The notes under the pieces were generated by a model. That model saw only the letters and a program-made list of their open reading frames with translations, made no database searches and was not told where the DNA came from. From assembly GCF_001194135.2 (NCBI RefSeq), contig NC_068987.1, positions 32,995,729-33,059,728 on the forward strand: a stretch of 64,000 nucleotides of DNA, read 5' to 3'. The translations under genes and the position numbers were made by a program. Every line of letters starts with the position of its first letter. Within the stretch, counting starts at the first letter, position 1. The DNA is from Octopus bimaculoides. Taxonomy: Eukaryota. Of this stretch, positions 1-13,659 are shown piece by piece.

Positions 1-690
1 AGCCGGTGGAATTGGAGAATAGGATAAAAATTAAATTCAAACAGAGCATGTTAAGCAGATTGATGAGAAACCTTTGCATAGTCAATATTGTAAATCCACT
101 GAGGATGTATGTTGCACAAAAGTATGGGCCTGTTTGAAAAAATAGCAATTGAAAAAAGAAACATAGAGCTTTATTATAGCAGCCCAAGTTCAACAACTTC
201 AAATAATATGTGTATGAGCAGAAGGCATCCGCATAATGTAGTTTGTGTGGAATTGGAGATGAAACAATGGCATATATTGTTGCAGAATGTTTCATGTTGG
301 CTCAGATAAAATATAAGAAGTGGAGGTATGACCAAGTTGTTAAAGTCTTACACTGGAAACTTAGTCAGAAATGGTTGGAACTGGAAGTACTTGGTATAAT
401 CACTGGGTTGAAAGAGTACTTGGAATATGAGAACTGTAAATGCTGTGGATTGAGTGTAATAGTATACACAAATAGACGAATGGGACTTTATTGAAATGTC
501 ATGTACAGCTTCTACAGTAAGTTTGGCTCTTAGGAATAGAAAAGTTTATTAGAAGGATTTTGAGTACATGAAATGTTATTGAAAACTTGCGGCTATTTAC
601 TGTTCGAGTAATAACGCGTTACCCACATAAATTCTACGAAGGTTAACACCAAACCTGAGTTAAGTATAACAATAACAACAATAAGAAGAA
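1..690 (+). mobile_element. Decayed 3' end of an RLE-type (R4/Dong-like) non-LTR retrotransposon
   Basis: ORF 243-494 reads CGIGDETMAYIVAECFMLAQIKYKKWRYDQVVKVLHWKL, matching the CCHC knuckle region of RLE LINEs (C..C...ETVxHIVxxCxxLAxxxYxxRHD). It is followed by a decayed ORF end, a short UTR and an (AAT/AAC)-like tail near 665-690. Confidence 0.8.
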
Positions 691-825
691 TATCATTTTA
701 TTAACCACTAAAGCTGCAATAACATTTTGCACAGTACAAAGTCAAAAGATATTGAAGATTTGCATACAACTGTGTGAAAAATAACTATAACAACTGGGAA
801 AGAAAATCTCTCAACGAAATTCCTC

Positions 826-938
826 AGTGGCTGCTTGGAAAGTAGCTTGCTTACGAACCACATGGTTCCGGGTTCCGTCCCACTGCTTCGCACCTTGTGA
901 GTGGATTTGGTAGACGAAAACTAAAAGAGGCCGTTGTA

Positions 939-969
<31 letters not shown>

Positions 970-1536
970 NNNNNNNNNNNNNNNNNNNNNNNNNNNNNNN
1001 NNNNNNNNNNNNNNNNNNNNNNNNNNNNNNNNNNNNNNNNNNNNNNNNNNNNNNNNNNNNNNNNNNNNNNNNNNNNNNNNNNNNNNNNNNNNNNNNNNNN
1101 NNNNNNNNNNNNNNNNNNNNNNNNNNNNNNNNNNNNNNNNNNNNNNNNNNNNNNNNNNNNNNNNNNNNNNNNNNNNNNNNNNNNNNNNNNNNNNNNNNNN
1201 NNNNNNNNNNNNNNNNNNNNNNNNNNNNNNNNNNNNNNNNNNNNNNNNNNNNNNNNNNNNNNNNNNNNNNNNNNNNNNNNNNNNNNNNNNNNNNNNNNNN
1301 NNNNNNNNNNNNNNNNNNNNNNNNTGTGTGTGTGTGTGTGTGTCTGTGTTTGTCCCCCCAACATCGCTTGACAACCGATGCTGGTGTGTTTACGTCTCCG
1401 TAACTTAGCGGTTCGGCAAAAGAGACCGATAGAATAAGTACTAGGCTTACAAAGAATACGTCCTAGGGTCGATTTGCCCGACTAAAGGCGGTGCTCCACC
1501 ATGGCCACAGTCAAATGACTGAAACAAGTAAAAGAG
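826..1536 (+). mobile_element. tRNA-derived SINE, family B (internal microsatellite type)
   Basis: Head ggctg..gcttgct..aaccacatggttccgggttc; internal (TA)n-gap-(TG)n; 3' half cgcttgacaaccgatgctggtgtgtttacg...gactgaaacaagtaaaag. The same modules recur at 2500, 44221, 59155 and 62287. Resembles the known octopus tRNA-derived SINEs (OK/OR type); exact family not verified. Confidence 0.85.
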
Positions 1537-2214
1537 AAATAGTAAACGACATCCATGAAACTCTACAACTTCCTAGCCACATACACATCAAGAGCAATAT
1601 GGCAAGTCCTCCTCAGTCTTCTTTACTCCTTAGCCTACATGTGCAAGCTGAGAGAGGGTTCACTTACACAAGTCATCTTCACCATATTCTCCCATTTGTC
1701 AACAAATTTACTGAGAGCAGGACATGTCTCTTAAAACTCGTTTTCTTTATGTAATGGAAGTCGATGAGGGCTTTACCGAAGAGATATTAGTCTCCTTTGG
1801 CATGCAATATATCAACCAGCACATTTTGCGTCAGAACATAGATGTGTTGCGCATAAGTATGCAAATAAGCGAAAAAGTTTATAATTTTGACTCAATTTTG
1901 GGCAAGCAAATTTTCCCTGTTGTAATTCTATTTGAAAGACTCTAGAAAATGTTTGCAATCTCTGACGTAAAACCATTTACAAGAGATTACACAGAATATG
2001 CTAACCTCCGGAGTCGTTTTCAGTCACCGTCGCACATATCCTCCAACGCTCCTCTACAGACTGCGAGTGTTTACTTCAGTTGGACACACTAGTCTAGCAT
2101 GTAGAGTGAAATGACCGTCTGGCAACATTCTGCACAGCAAAGACCCAACTTCGTCGTGCAACTGATTCAAGACTACAGCTCAGTCAAATTTCATGCATTA
2201 CAAATTATACGTGC

Positions 2215-2370
2215 AATATGATATAGCAACAGAAAGCATATACTACCAAATGGCTGAGAAGAATTACAACGCGACTGTTCTCTGGGATATTTCTACATAC
2301 ACATAGCGATACATCCGAGCTAATTCGTTGGATACTGCAGCCAAGAGCAAGGGAACAGTAGGTGCCCCGA
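2215..2370 (+). mobile_element. Short decayed RLE-LINE endonuclease fragment
   Basis: Translates to EKNYNATVLWDISTYT*RYIRANSLDTAAKSK, a degenerate form of ...TILWDMPIHTDREIKANRPDIVVKD. Confidence 0.5.
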
Positions 2371-2499
2371 AATCGAACTATTCTAACAGACGGTGCTGTA
2401 TATCTATAAGGAATGGCGATTTTATCCTAATATAAAATCTAAAAATAAGGGAAATCAGAATATGAGAATTGAATATAGATAGAATCATTATATCGTAGG

Positions 2500-2935
2500 G
2501 GTGGGTGGCTGGAAAGAAGTTTACTTAATTACAAAGTCTCAAGTTCCCTCCCATTGCGTAAGTGTCTTCTACGATAGCCCCAGACCAACCAACTCCATAT
2601 GAATGAATTTGGTAGAACAAACTGAAATAAACCTGCCGTAAATACATGTATATAGATCTTCAGGTTTTTGTTTTTAATTGTTTCAATTATTATATGTATT
2701 TTTGTGTGTATGGATGTGTATCTATGTATGTGCGTGTATGTGTGTGTCCTTCACCTTCGCTTGGCAACCGGTATTGGTTTGTTTCACTCTCCCTAGCTTA
2801 GCGTTTCGGTATAATAGACAGATGAAATAACTGCCAGGCTTATAAAGAAATAACAGTGGGGTCAGTTCATTCGACTAAAGTCCTACAAAGCGGTCTCAGC
2901 ATAGCTAAAATCCAATGACTGAAACAAATAAAATA
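2500..2935 (+). mobile_element. Degenerate SINE family B copy
   Basis: Contains gtgtcttctacgatagcc, atttggtaga..aactgaa, an internal TG-rich tract, cgcttggcaaccggtattgg and gactgaaacaaataaaa, colinear with 826-1536. Confidence 0.7.
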
Positions 2936-4549
2936 TAAAGTATAACAACAAAACACTGTTGACAAATGCATAACTAAAATCCAAGGTTTTACACAGGCAC
3001 ACAATATAGAGAAAATAACATTATAAGGTCTGACACAGGAATTATGAATTATGACGCACGAATTATGCGATAGAAATCAAAACATCCAAACGAAACACTT
3101 CACCTACGATACAAACGTAAAACCGTTTTACCTAGAAGAGTAAAAGCACGAAATATAAAAAATATTTAGATCATGGAAACGTATTAAAACAGATGCCTAA
3201 GGGTGGAATAAGATGAAATGAAATCAGAGGGAAAGAAACACAGAATACCTAGACAAAAAAGTGCACCGGAAACAAAAGAGAGCATACCGGAAGCTAAAGA
3301 AATCACATAGGAAATGAAAGAGAATCAGAGTCGATTTACAAGAAAACACTGTTTTGTTTTTATGCTTCGAATAATACCCATTACAATCTACGAATATAAA
3401 CGAAGGAATCGGAACAAACAATTATGATAATACTGAAGGATAACCACGACCAGTTCTAGTAAACTAGTCGATTACATGAGGTATTAAAACGTTAAGTTGC
3501 TACACAATTTCTGAACAGCTTTAGCGAAATTTATTAGTCTGAATGCAATAAGGAAACTTATCAACAAAGAAGAGAGATGATGTCATTCAAAAAGTGGGTT
3601 GGTCTGGTGAGATTTGTCACAGGATTGGATATGAAACATCTCCAACTTTGTCAAATAAATATAACTCTGTGATGGTTGTAAAAAGTTAGATGGGGAAACT
3701 TAAATAAACGCATAAAAATAAAACTTAGACAAAATAGAGCAATTGTTCGCAATTTATTACATTTTAACTAGATTTTCAACTTGTGTACAGAGGATGTTGG
3801 CTAGAGAATGTAGAAGAAAAATTGGAGAAGGTGATGCACCGTATAAGGCTGGCTTGAAGTGCTGAATATCTTCGCGCCCGTCACGAGTGTATCTGTGCAT
3901 TATGTATTGCTATCTATCTGATATAAATTACGCATGATTTCCTTAATCTTCGTATAGCCACTTCGTTTAAACATAATTATAAACCACAAGATATATCAAC
4001 CAGAGATATGCAGTCACCTATAGGGAAACATGATAAACAATTGAAATATAATGTATCATTGAAGCCCAATGTTAAAACGTGTACTTTAATGAAATTGAAA
4101 CATCTAAATTTGAAAACTGGAGACTGTAAAAAAATTTCAGAATGAAATCAGTGTACGGTCAAAATAGTGGCATGTAAGTAAAGGATCGTACCCAACACGT
4201 ACAAAAAAATAGGGAAGGAAGAAACAGATATGAGAATTTGTTTCGATACAAGAATCATAGATTACAGCTTTCCGCTCCCTACTCTCAAACAGAAACTATT
4301 ACATCATATATAGCATCAACAGCACTGATAAGCAAATAGCGCTGAAGTCCAACAGACTATGTAACTTAAAAGCGATACTTAAGATTCTTAAGAACCAAAA
4401 AAGTTTCAGATATAGAAATATATATCGTTTACATAACGTATAAAAATAATCAATAAACAAAAAATAGATAATAAAAATGGAAAAAGAAATCAGAATTAAA
4501 ACATTACAGCTAAAACCATTTACAAAATAAACACAAGATTAGATTATTA

Positions 4550-6580
4550 CCAAGAAATACATAAAAAGAAAAGACAACCGAACCAAAAACTTGTATTTTC
4601 AGAAATTATTGACCAGCGCAGTTCGAACTAGTTCAATAGAAACAGCAGTATGAGGAAGATATAAGAAAAGAATAATTCAAAAGATGAGCATTTTCAATAT
4701 GATATGTTCCAAAGGTGGAAATTGTTAATAAATCAAAAAATCGATAGATGTTTCTTTGGATCAACGAAAGTATCTCTCAAGATAAAACTGATACAAATAT
4801 AAAGAAAACGCAAAACTGGTTAGTGCAGACTTAGTGGAAATAAAGGCGAACATGAATATCACCCGTTTCAGAGAAATAATTTATGCAGTAGCTGCAACAG
4901 ATGACATAGAAAGTGGATACTGCTTTAATATATATATATATATACAGAGAGAGAGAGAGAGNNNNNNNNNNNNNNNNNNNNNNNNNNNNNNNNNNNNNNN
5001 NNNNNNNNNNNNNNNNNNNNNNNNNNNNNNNNNNNNNNNNNNNNNNNNNNNNNNNNNNNNNNNNNNNNNNNNNNNNNNNNNNTATATATATATAGGGGAT
5101 ACTGGAAAGGGTCAGATACTCGCAAATGTCAATGCATTCCAAAATGATATTGTGAAAGAAACAAATAATGGATAGCTTGCAATACAAGTCTCTACATTGT
5201 TTCGGAGACGTAGGATATCAACAAACAGGTTGAATAATGTAGTGATTAAAAATAAACAGGTAATTAAACATGTCATGTGTAAATGACAAATAATTCAATC
5301 AATGTAAAAAGTGAATGAAATGCAATCACGAATCCTATTCTTCTCATCACAAGAAATGTTCCAAGGCACTTGACTGCCACAGATATTCCAACCAATATTC
5401 TAAAGTTAGACTAGGATAGGGCAATTTCAAGCTATAAAATAAATTCTCCGCCTGTTTGAGCGATGTGTCCTTCTGTCGTTCAACGAAGAGATCTATACAC
5501 GCATTTCAAGATAGCGTAGTTCCCTGAAACGATTGTTGTACTTAAGAATATTCTCAATAAGAAGCATCATGGTTTAATGTGGAACAGGTGAGTTTAACAG
5601 ATTTAAGAATGTAGTCCAGTGAACGTACTTCCACACTGTTCCACCTATCTGGATACCTTATTAAATATCGACTCAAATCGAGGGTGTGGGAGATGATACA
5701 TGGCCACAGTGCGTCACTCAGTGCCATCTGAACTGCGACATCGGAATTGCGAAATAAACTAATTCACCAGTATGCCATGATGTACGAGCCTGAAGATAAA
5801 AAAGAAACTGGAGACAATATTATATATGATGCACAGATTCAGTAGTGTAATTGGCAAAAAATTTGGTTTAGACAATCTTGAAGAGAGGAACATTAATACG
5901 AAACACTAATATCATGTTAGATAAAACAACATAAGCAGCAGAATTAGAAGAAACATAAAGACTTACAAATACTTAAGAATTAATGAGCAAGACGAGACAA
6001 AGTACATACATATATGAAAGAAAATTATATGTAAGAATAGTATAGACGAATTACATTAATATTGAAAACAGAGATAAATAGCAAACACATGGTAATATAC
6101 AGCTGTTCCAGTAATAAGTTATAGTTATAATATTATCAACTGAAAGCTAAATGAATTAGCAAGACTAGACAAGAAAAGTAGTAGAATAGTAACTGCATTT
6201 ATAAAACAGAACCCAAAAGACGACACAGAAAGATTATTTTTACATGAAGAAAAAAAATGTTTTCTGTCTTCGAGGAAGCCAACAAATTATAACATACATG
6301 ATACTGAAGTAGACGGCAAGTGTAAAGAGGATGGGGAATCAGCAACTCAACGTAATAACGAAATGGGAAAATGCAATTACAAAATGTTAAGACGATGCTA
6401 AGAAATAAGCCACCGTATGACCGACACTACACAATGCTGAAGAAAGATGGTAAAGGTAATTCGTTATTACTTGAGAGGTGTGGGACTGAAAATTGTGACA
6501 GAAGGATACTTCATACAAGAATAAGCATTCCTTCTCGAACGAAACTATCAAAGTCTTGGAATGATTCAGAATGCAAGGTT
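4550..6580 (+). mobile_element. Heavily decayed RLE-type (R4/Dong-like) LINE body
   Basis: 5850-6240 translates with stops to ...KTYKYLRINE...TAVPVISYSYNIIN*KLNELARLDKKSSRI...NPKDDTERL, the RT C-terminal region of this clade. 4830-4920 (REIIYAVAA) resembles the N-terminal region. A-rich sense strand, interrupted by SSRs and gaps. Confidence 0.7.
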
Positions 6581-7547
6581 AGTGNNNNNNNNNNNNNNNN
6601 NNNNNNNNNNNNNNNNNNNNNNNNNNNNNNNNNNNNNNNNNNNNNNNNNNNNNNNNNNNNNNNNNNNNNNNNNNNNNNNNNNNNNNNNNNNNNNNNNNNN
6701 NNNNNNNNNNNNNNNNNNNNNNNNNNNNNNNNNNNNNNNNNNNNNNNNNNNNNNNNNNNNNNNNNNNNNNNNNNNNNNNNNNNNNNNNNNNNNNNNNNNN
6801 NNNNNNNNNNNNNNNNNNNNNNNNNNNNNNNNNNNNNNNNNNNNNNNNNNNNNNNNNNNNNNNNNNNNNNNNNNNNNNNNNNNNNNNNNNNNNNNNNNNN
6901 NNNNNNNNNNNNNNNNNNNNNNNNNNNNNNNNNNNNNNNNNNNNNNNNNNNNNNNNNNNNNNNNNNNNNNNNNNNNNNNNNNNNNNNNNNNNNNNNNNNN
7001 NNNNNNNNNNNNNNNNNNNNNNNNNNNNNNNNNNNNNNNNNNNNNNNNNNNNNNNNNNNNNNNNNNNNNNNNNNNNNNNNNNNNNNNNNNNNNNNNNNNN
7101 NNNNNNNNNNNNNNNNNNNNNNNNNNNNNNNNNNNNNNNNNNNNNNNNNNNNNNNNNNNNNNNNNNNNNNNNNNNNNNNNNNNNNNNNNNNNNNNNNNNN
7201 NNNNNNNNNNNNNNNNNTATATATACATATATGATGGGCTCCCTCGTCAGTTTCCTACGAATGAGCATCTGTCAACCTAAATTTTCTATGTCAATCATAA
7301 TGCTTATATAGAATGTGATATTTCAGTCCTGCCAATTGTGCGGTATTCAATGAACAAATGTAAGTCATCAGAAAACCCATATATATGGTTTGATTTATAG
7401 AGTGCTGGCTTGTGTAGAACCAGCCACACTTTTTGAAAGTGATGAAAGAAAGAACATAGTGCACATATGTGCCACAATACCAGGGACAACACCCTCAGGT
7501 TTTATTTGTCAGAAGTTTCCATATGTGTGTATTTACATACATATATA

Positions 7548-8804
7548 AGGTATTGCAGCTGAATTGAGATAATTTTTACGATGCGTAAACTTGGTTATGA
7601 ATACTAAAATAATGGTAGTAGACAGATATAATTTTATTCTAACATTTACTGCAACAAAAATATATATCACTCAATATGGTTTCACTTTTGAGCAATTCCT
7701 GCCTCCACACGAAAACGAAATACGCTTCCAGCTTTCGCAACCTCCATCTTTTTGATTTTTCGTGCCGCACTCACGATGCAGGTCTTCAAATTGTTGACAC
7801 TCGAGTGTAGTGAAGCATTGGTCTTTGCTTGAAGTACGCCCCATACATAGTAATCGCGAAGGTTGTGATATGGGCTATAACTGGGCCAGATGTTGGCACT
7901 CACAAAAAATGGTACCTTCTCACCAAGGCAGGATTGTGTTGCTTTTGACCCATGGCATGATGCAGAATCCTGCATAAGCACCACATTTTCAAGTTCAAAC
8001 CTCTGTTCCATCCAAGGTAACAGAGACTTCTTCAAGATGCCCAGATACTCCTTTGTTCCGATCTTAAACCCAGACTCAATGACATGTGGATCTATGACAC
8101 TGCCATCACTCCAAATACCACCACAGCGGTAGGAGTCTTAGTTTCAAATAGTGGGGACGTCAGAAGGGTTGTATGCAATCACTCGAGAATTTCAGCGATT
8201 CACTTCAGCGTCCACAGTGAACTTCTCGTCGACAAACACGAAAGATTTACCTGCACCTTGATGCTTGATGAATGACAAAAGCTTTGGGCATCTCTCGGCT
8301 CTGATTACTTTGGCCTTGGCTGTTAGGAGGTGACGGCGTCGTCGAACATAGCTAGTCATGCCAAAGTTCCTGTTCACAGTTCTGACCACCGTGGAAAGGA
8401 CACATTGTGTTTCTTTGCAACTGTTGTCATAGATGTTGATAGGCTGGCTACAATCGAGCGTTTGAGGCGAGCGAGAAACTTTGGATTGCGTTAGGATTCA
8501 CTTCGAATGTTATGTTCTTTTCTATCAATCTTTTCATCTACTTTACATTGCTTATAGGCACGATAAGCTGTTGCTTATGGAAGTTTCATCAACTTGACGA
8601 TTTTATTGCAAGTGCGCCGACAGCGCGTCTAAATATCAATGGCGAAACGATTCTGTTTTTCCATGATATTCTTTTGTCTAACCAGTTCGCTTTTTACCTA
8701 AATGAAGGAAGGTTAGATATTCAAGCAAGCAAAGTTTTGTCAAAAATGAAATTTTAAACTAAGTTAACTGCTTAAAATTGGTCTCAGTTTATCTGCAAGA
8801 CCCT
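7548..8804 (-). mobile_element. Full-length Tc1/mariner DNA transposon, DD37D (maT/Bmmar1-like) family
   Basis: About 1.26 kb with imperfect ~30 bp TIRs (left aggtattgcagctgaattgagataatttt; right, reverse-complemented, agggtcttgcagataaactgagaccaatttt). Flanked by TA at 7546-7547 and 8805-8806. Contains a transposase pseudo-ORF. Confidence 0.9.
7682..8664 (-). pseudogene. DD37D transposase, disrupted by stops and frameshifts
   Basis: ATG at 8664 (MEKQNRFAI...). Catalytic motifs FVFVDEKFTV, MQDSASCH and WPSYSPYHNLRDYYVWG (cf. WPPxSPDLNPLDYxVWG). I count 37 residues between the second and third Asp. Confidence 0.85.
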
Positions 8805-9566
8805 TACTACTATATTCCTCTCTTCCTCTCTTTCTCTCGTTGCTCACCTATTCTTCTACTTCCTCCCTTTCTTTCTCCCTCTACCACACTCTCTCTCTCT
8901 CTTCCTTACCCCTGCCTGGTCACATGCTTCCGGTCACTAATACTTTTCTTCCTTGGCTATCTCCGAGCAAACACGCGAACTTACTTCATCCCTACTTTCA
9001 TTTCGTGCCTCACAGCGTTCATATACACATAATTTTTCACGTCTGGCCGCATAACCTTTTCCGTTTGTTTTCCTGTCTTCTTTTCTTTTCCGTTTGTTTC
9101 CTGTCTTGTTTTTTTGTCCGCCACTACATTCCTCCATGGCACAGGTTTAATTTGTGTATACAAATTTAATTTGCGGTCCATGGGAAGAGCCGTATTAACG
9201 ATGCGTCCTGCCCAACTCTTCGAAACGCTGGTGTTAAAACGGGGGTAGCTGTTGAAGGAAAATGTTCTCTATGTGGCTTGTATGTTTTCTGTACTCTGGT
9301 TATTATTATTTTCTTGTCTACGTTTTGTTTGCAATGTCCTGTACCCAGATATGCACCTATATATACAGGNNNNNNNNNNNNNNNNNNNNNNNNNNNNNNN
9401 NNNNNNNNNNNNNNNNNNNNNNNNNNNNNNNNNNNNNNNNNNNNNNNNNNNNNNNNNNNNNNNNNNNNNNNNNNNNNNNNNNNNNNNNNNNNNNNNNNNN
9501 NNNNNNNNNNNNNNNNNNNNNNNNNNNNNNNNNNNNNNNNNNNNNNNNNNNNNNNNNNNNNNNNNN

Positions 9567-9647
<81 letters not shown>

Positions 9648-10094
9648 GTCGAAACTGCGACTGCGTTATTCGGAAGTTTGCGTTCCCACTATGGGCTTTT
9701 AGGTTCAGTTCAACTCCGCTACACTTTGGACAATTATGGTTACTATGATTGTTTAAGACAATACTAAAAATAGTGCAAAGAAACCATGAAAAATACAGAA
9801 AATGGTAGTATATTTGTGTAACAGAGCCCGAGCAACACTTTTTGCCTAGTCAAACAGGAATGTTGGACTGGACTGAAGATTGATGGTTAATACAAACCAG
9901 CATAGTCTATCATGTAGAGATTATTTACGTAAGTTGAAAATAAATTTTGCCGAACAGACAACATTTAGAACGTCATTCTCGAATTACGGAAAATGTCGTG
10001 TAATGAAGAAACGTTTCAGTGTGACAATCTATCAAAGCTCAGTGATATTTTGAATTAATTCCTATAGGTTTTTTACTGTCTCTGTAGCAATTAT

Positions 10095-10300
10095 TTCTGC
10101 TATAGGCACAAGGCATGACATTATGCAGGAGGGACTAGTCGATGTCATTGACTTCAGTACTTGACAAACGCTTATGTTATCGACTCCGACAGGATCAAAG
10201 GCGAAGTCTACCGGTGCGGAATTTGTACTCAGAACGTAAAGCTGGAATAAATGGTACTTAGAATCTTGTTCGTCGCATTAACGACTCTGCCCGCTCACTG
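10095..10300 (-). mobile_element. tRNA-derived SINE family A, diverged
   Basis: Reverse-complement match to 56942-57156 (ggcacaaggc.., gtcga..cagtact, ggaatttgtactcagaacgtaaag, gactctgcccgctc). Confidence 0.75.
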
Positions 10301-11149
10301 CCCTCCATTTTTTCTGTAGCAATGGGGATTAATTTGTCTCTAAAACTCATGCCAAATTTTCTTTCGATCCTGCGTATTTTATTTTTATTTGGTTTCTAAA
10401 CTCATGATACGAATGTGATTTATCAATAATTCAATGAAGAATTTAAATCTTGGATTTTGACAATCAGTGTTTTAGGTTTTGAGTAGTTTTACATCCTTAG
10501 AAGGAGGATCTCACATTATGTCCTCATTCCGTTTTGTTGCCTCTAACTCGCGATTGATAATGAAGTCGAGACTACTTTCATGTGAACACAAAATACTTTG
10601 ATATAATCTTCTGCTTGTTCTACCTTTTCATATGCAACACTGTTGAAGTATTTACCAGCTTTCCTTGCACAATTTTATGCGGGTAGATACTTTGGAAATA
10701 TTTCTAGGAACGCTGGATTTTATCGAGATACATTGAAATAAAGTGTGCGTTAAAAATGTATGGTCGCTAAAGTTAGGCACTTCACATCTAGAAAACCAGG
10801 TGGAAATCTAAAGATAAAGATCGAAATATAAATATTTCACGTACTAAAATAAGTAAATCTTGATGAAATTTTCTAATCTATCCTGGAAATTATGAATATA
10901 TGATAAAGTGATTTGAGAATATATGTTAATGTAAGAGAAAATATAATATAGTGAAAATGAAGAGAAAAACGTAAGAATTTATGGTAAAGAAGAACAATAA
11001 GGTACATAGAGTATGATAGGAATTACATAAGTGCAGAATAAACAATGAACTAATATGACGGAAAATACTGGAGAAAGAAAAGTTTAGGAATATATATGTC
11101 TTACACAATACATTAAACAGACATACGCTTAATAGAGACAAGTTTTGAC

Positions 11150-11345
11150 ACAATGCCAACAGTTTTGAGGGGAAGGGCCAAGTTCATCACATCGACCATA
11201 GTACTTAACTGGTACTTTATATCACTGACTCTAAAGGCTGAAAGGTAAAGCTGACATCGGTGACATTTGAATGCTGACCATACAGCAGGAAGAAATGCCT
11301 CTAGGCATTTGACCGACGTGCTTACGTTTCTACCACGTTGCCCAT
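11150..11345 (-). mobile_element. SINE family A, strongly diverged
   Basis: catcgaccatagtacttaactggtactttat...gaaaggtaaagctgacatcggtgacatttgaatgc follows the family A core on the minus strand. Confidence 0.6.
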
Positions 11346-13659
11346 TAGATTCAAACCTAATGGAAAATTATACTTCAGCAATACGTAATTTTCAAAATAA
11401 TTTCCAAAGTATCATTTGTCTTCACAAAATAATTTTATTCAGTGATGTATTTTCTACATCATAACGTTTAAACAAGTTGGTGATTCATTTTAAAACAACA
11501 ACATACAATAAAGATAATGTGTGTGAAGAATATTAAATGACACCAATAGATGCCATCTTTCAAGATGATTAGAGTACCTGATAAGATTTATGTCTTTACG
11601 ATCTTCAGAAATGAGAAAGAACACATGAAGTAATAAGATCCAACTTTTTAAATACCTTCATTTAGCATACATCACAAGAAAGCAAACCTTCACCACCGTT
11701 TGGAACAACCAGCAATAAGTAATTGATGGCTCTTTCTTCTTACTGGAGGTACGATAATGAATCTTCACTAATAACTAACTCATTGCTTATTAACAACTGT
11801 TCAAATTGTGGTCCAATTGTATGTTGAGACAATTACATAGTAGTTATGCTGCTATATCCATAATTTAATTCTTGTACATTTCACGTGGACACAAGTGTCA
11901 CGTAGCATAACAAACCATATGATGCTTATTAACAAGCTAATAAAGATTTGAATATCAAAACATAAAGTAACCCAAAGATATACATATTAGCAAGTGTGTA
12001 TATGTTGACACTCACGCAAACTCATTCATAAATGCACACACATACAAGCATGCATACATGCGCATATATCATATATAATAAGGACTTATTTATTTGTTTG
12101 GGATTTATTTAAGTCATGTTGCCTGATTAATGAGAGACAACTAGGAGCTTAAACAACGCCGAAACCGCTAACATCGGTGGAGATTTGAACCCGGACCATA
12201 TTAAAACAATGTAACTAAATAGCAGAACCCACAAGGTCCGATACATTCCCATTTCTACCCCTCTACCATTCTCCAATGTCATATAAATACATAAATGAAT
12301 TTGCTAATTTTTGTCTACCGATCATTAATTCCTTGCATGTTAGCTGTCCGCTCGTAAACGTTCAATGAGAAATAGGCTAACGAGTTAATTCTCATTTAAT
12401 ATGTTAGTTTGCTACTTTATTCCATCTTATAGCAATTAGCTATCGGTGTGAAAGCTAATTCCTCCAATAATTAAACCATTAAATCACGTGCAATTACCAG
12501 TTTCAAATGAAATGTGCAAGCCATTTTATGGGTGTTTCGTAGTTGCGTTAATTTCTATCCTAAAAGTCCTTATGCTCCATTTTAAAGCCATTTGATTATG
12601 TTATGTCGATAACTTACCACAGTTCTGAGGCCATGAAACCTGATATTGTTAACGAAAGTAGGAATGGGAATTTGTGATGTTGCTTCATTTCCCAAGAGAA
12701 ACAAAAATATAACTTATGCAAATTACTATTGATTTACTATATAGATTGACCGAGTCGTAATTTTCCAACGCATATGGAAAATTACAACTGATAGCTAATG
12801 GCATACTTAGCACAGGTAGCCGATAAAACAACGTCAACCAATCGGATCAATAGAACCATGGATTCAATAACATAACATATGAATGCTATGAATGACAAAC
12901 ACAAAACAGTTCCCAGAATGTCCAAGAGTCCATAACGATTGGAACAGTAACCAGCTGTCATGAAGTTACGTTGTGCAATATGTCTGCTCCTGGATGCCAA
13001 ACTGTAACATTTGACATTTTCAAATTTCTTGATATTTACATGTAACTACTTGGGGAATTGACTGCCTTAGATTTTAAGTTCAGTTTCTGTTCCAGTTAGA
13101 AAATTGGAATGCTTTTATTTATTACCACAACATATATCCTGTAATCTAATCTTTTGTCATTGTTTCATCAATAGCTAAATGAACGTGACCTAAAATGCAT
13201 CTGCAACGTCTGCTGCCGAGATATTTTAACAAACTTGGATTACATGTCCTTCTGCAATTTATCTAAACCATTAATCTCTGTAATACACGTTCAGCTAAAT
13301 AAATATATCCAGAATAAAACTTTGATCCACTCCACCTTTTACACGTAGACATCAGCCTATTTCAATCTAGACGTGAAACATGCTGCACAAACATTGGCGT
13401 GTCCGACAAATTACTTACCGGAAATTCTTCCGGTTCTCTCTATTCTAGTTTCACATCCTGCAATTGTCAACTTTACTTTTCATCTATTGAGACTTGATTA
13501 AATCATGTACCAGTTAAGTACTGGATCAATATACTTGACTAAACCCGTCCAGCTACAGTATTAATAATAAAAAATGTTTTAAAAAACACCTTTTGGCCCA
13601 AGGAAGCAATTTTAAAGTGGGGTTTAGTCGATTTTATCTTACTCGCTAACGTAACATCC

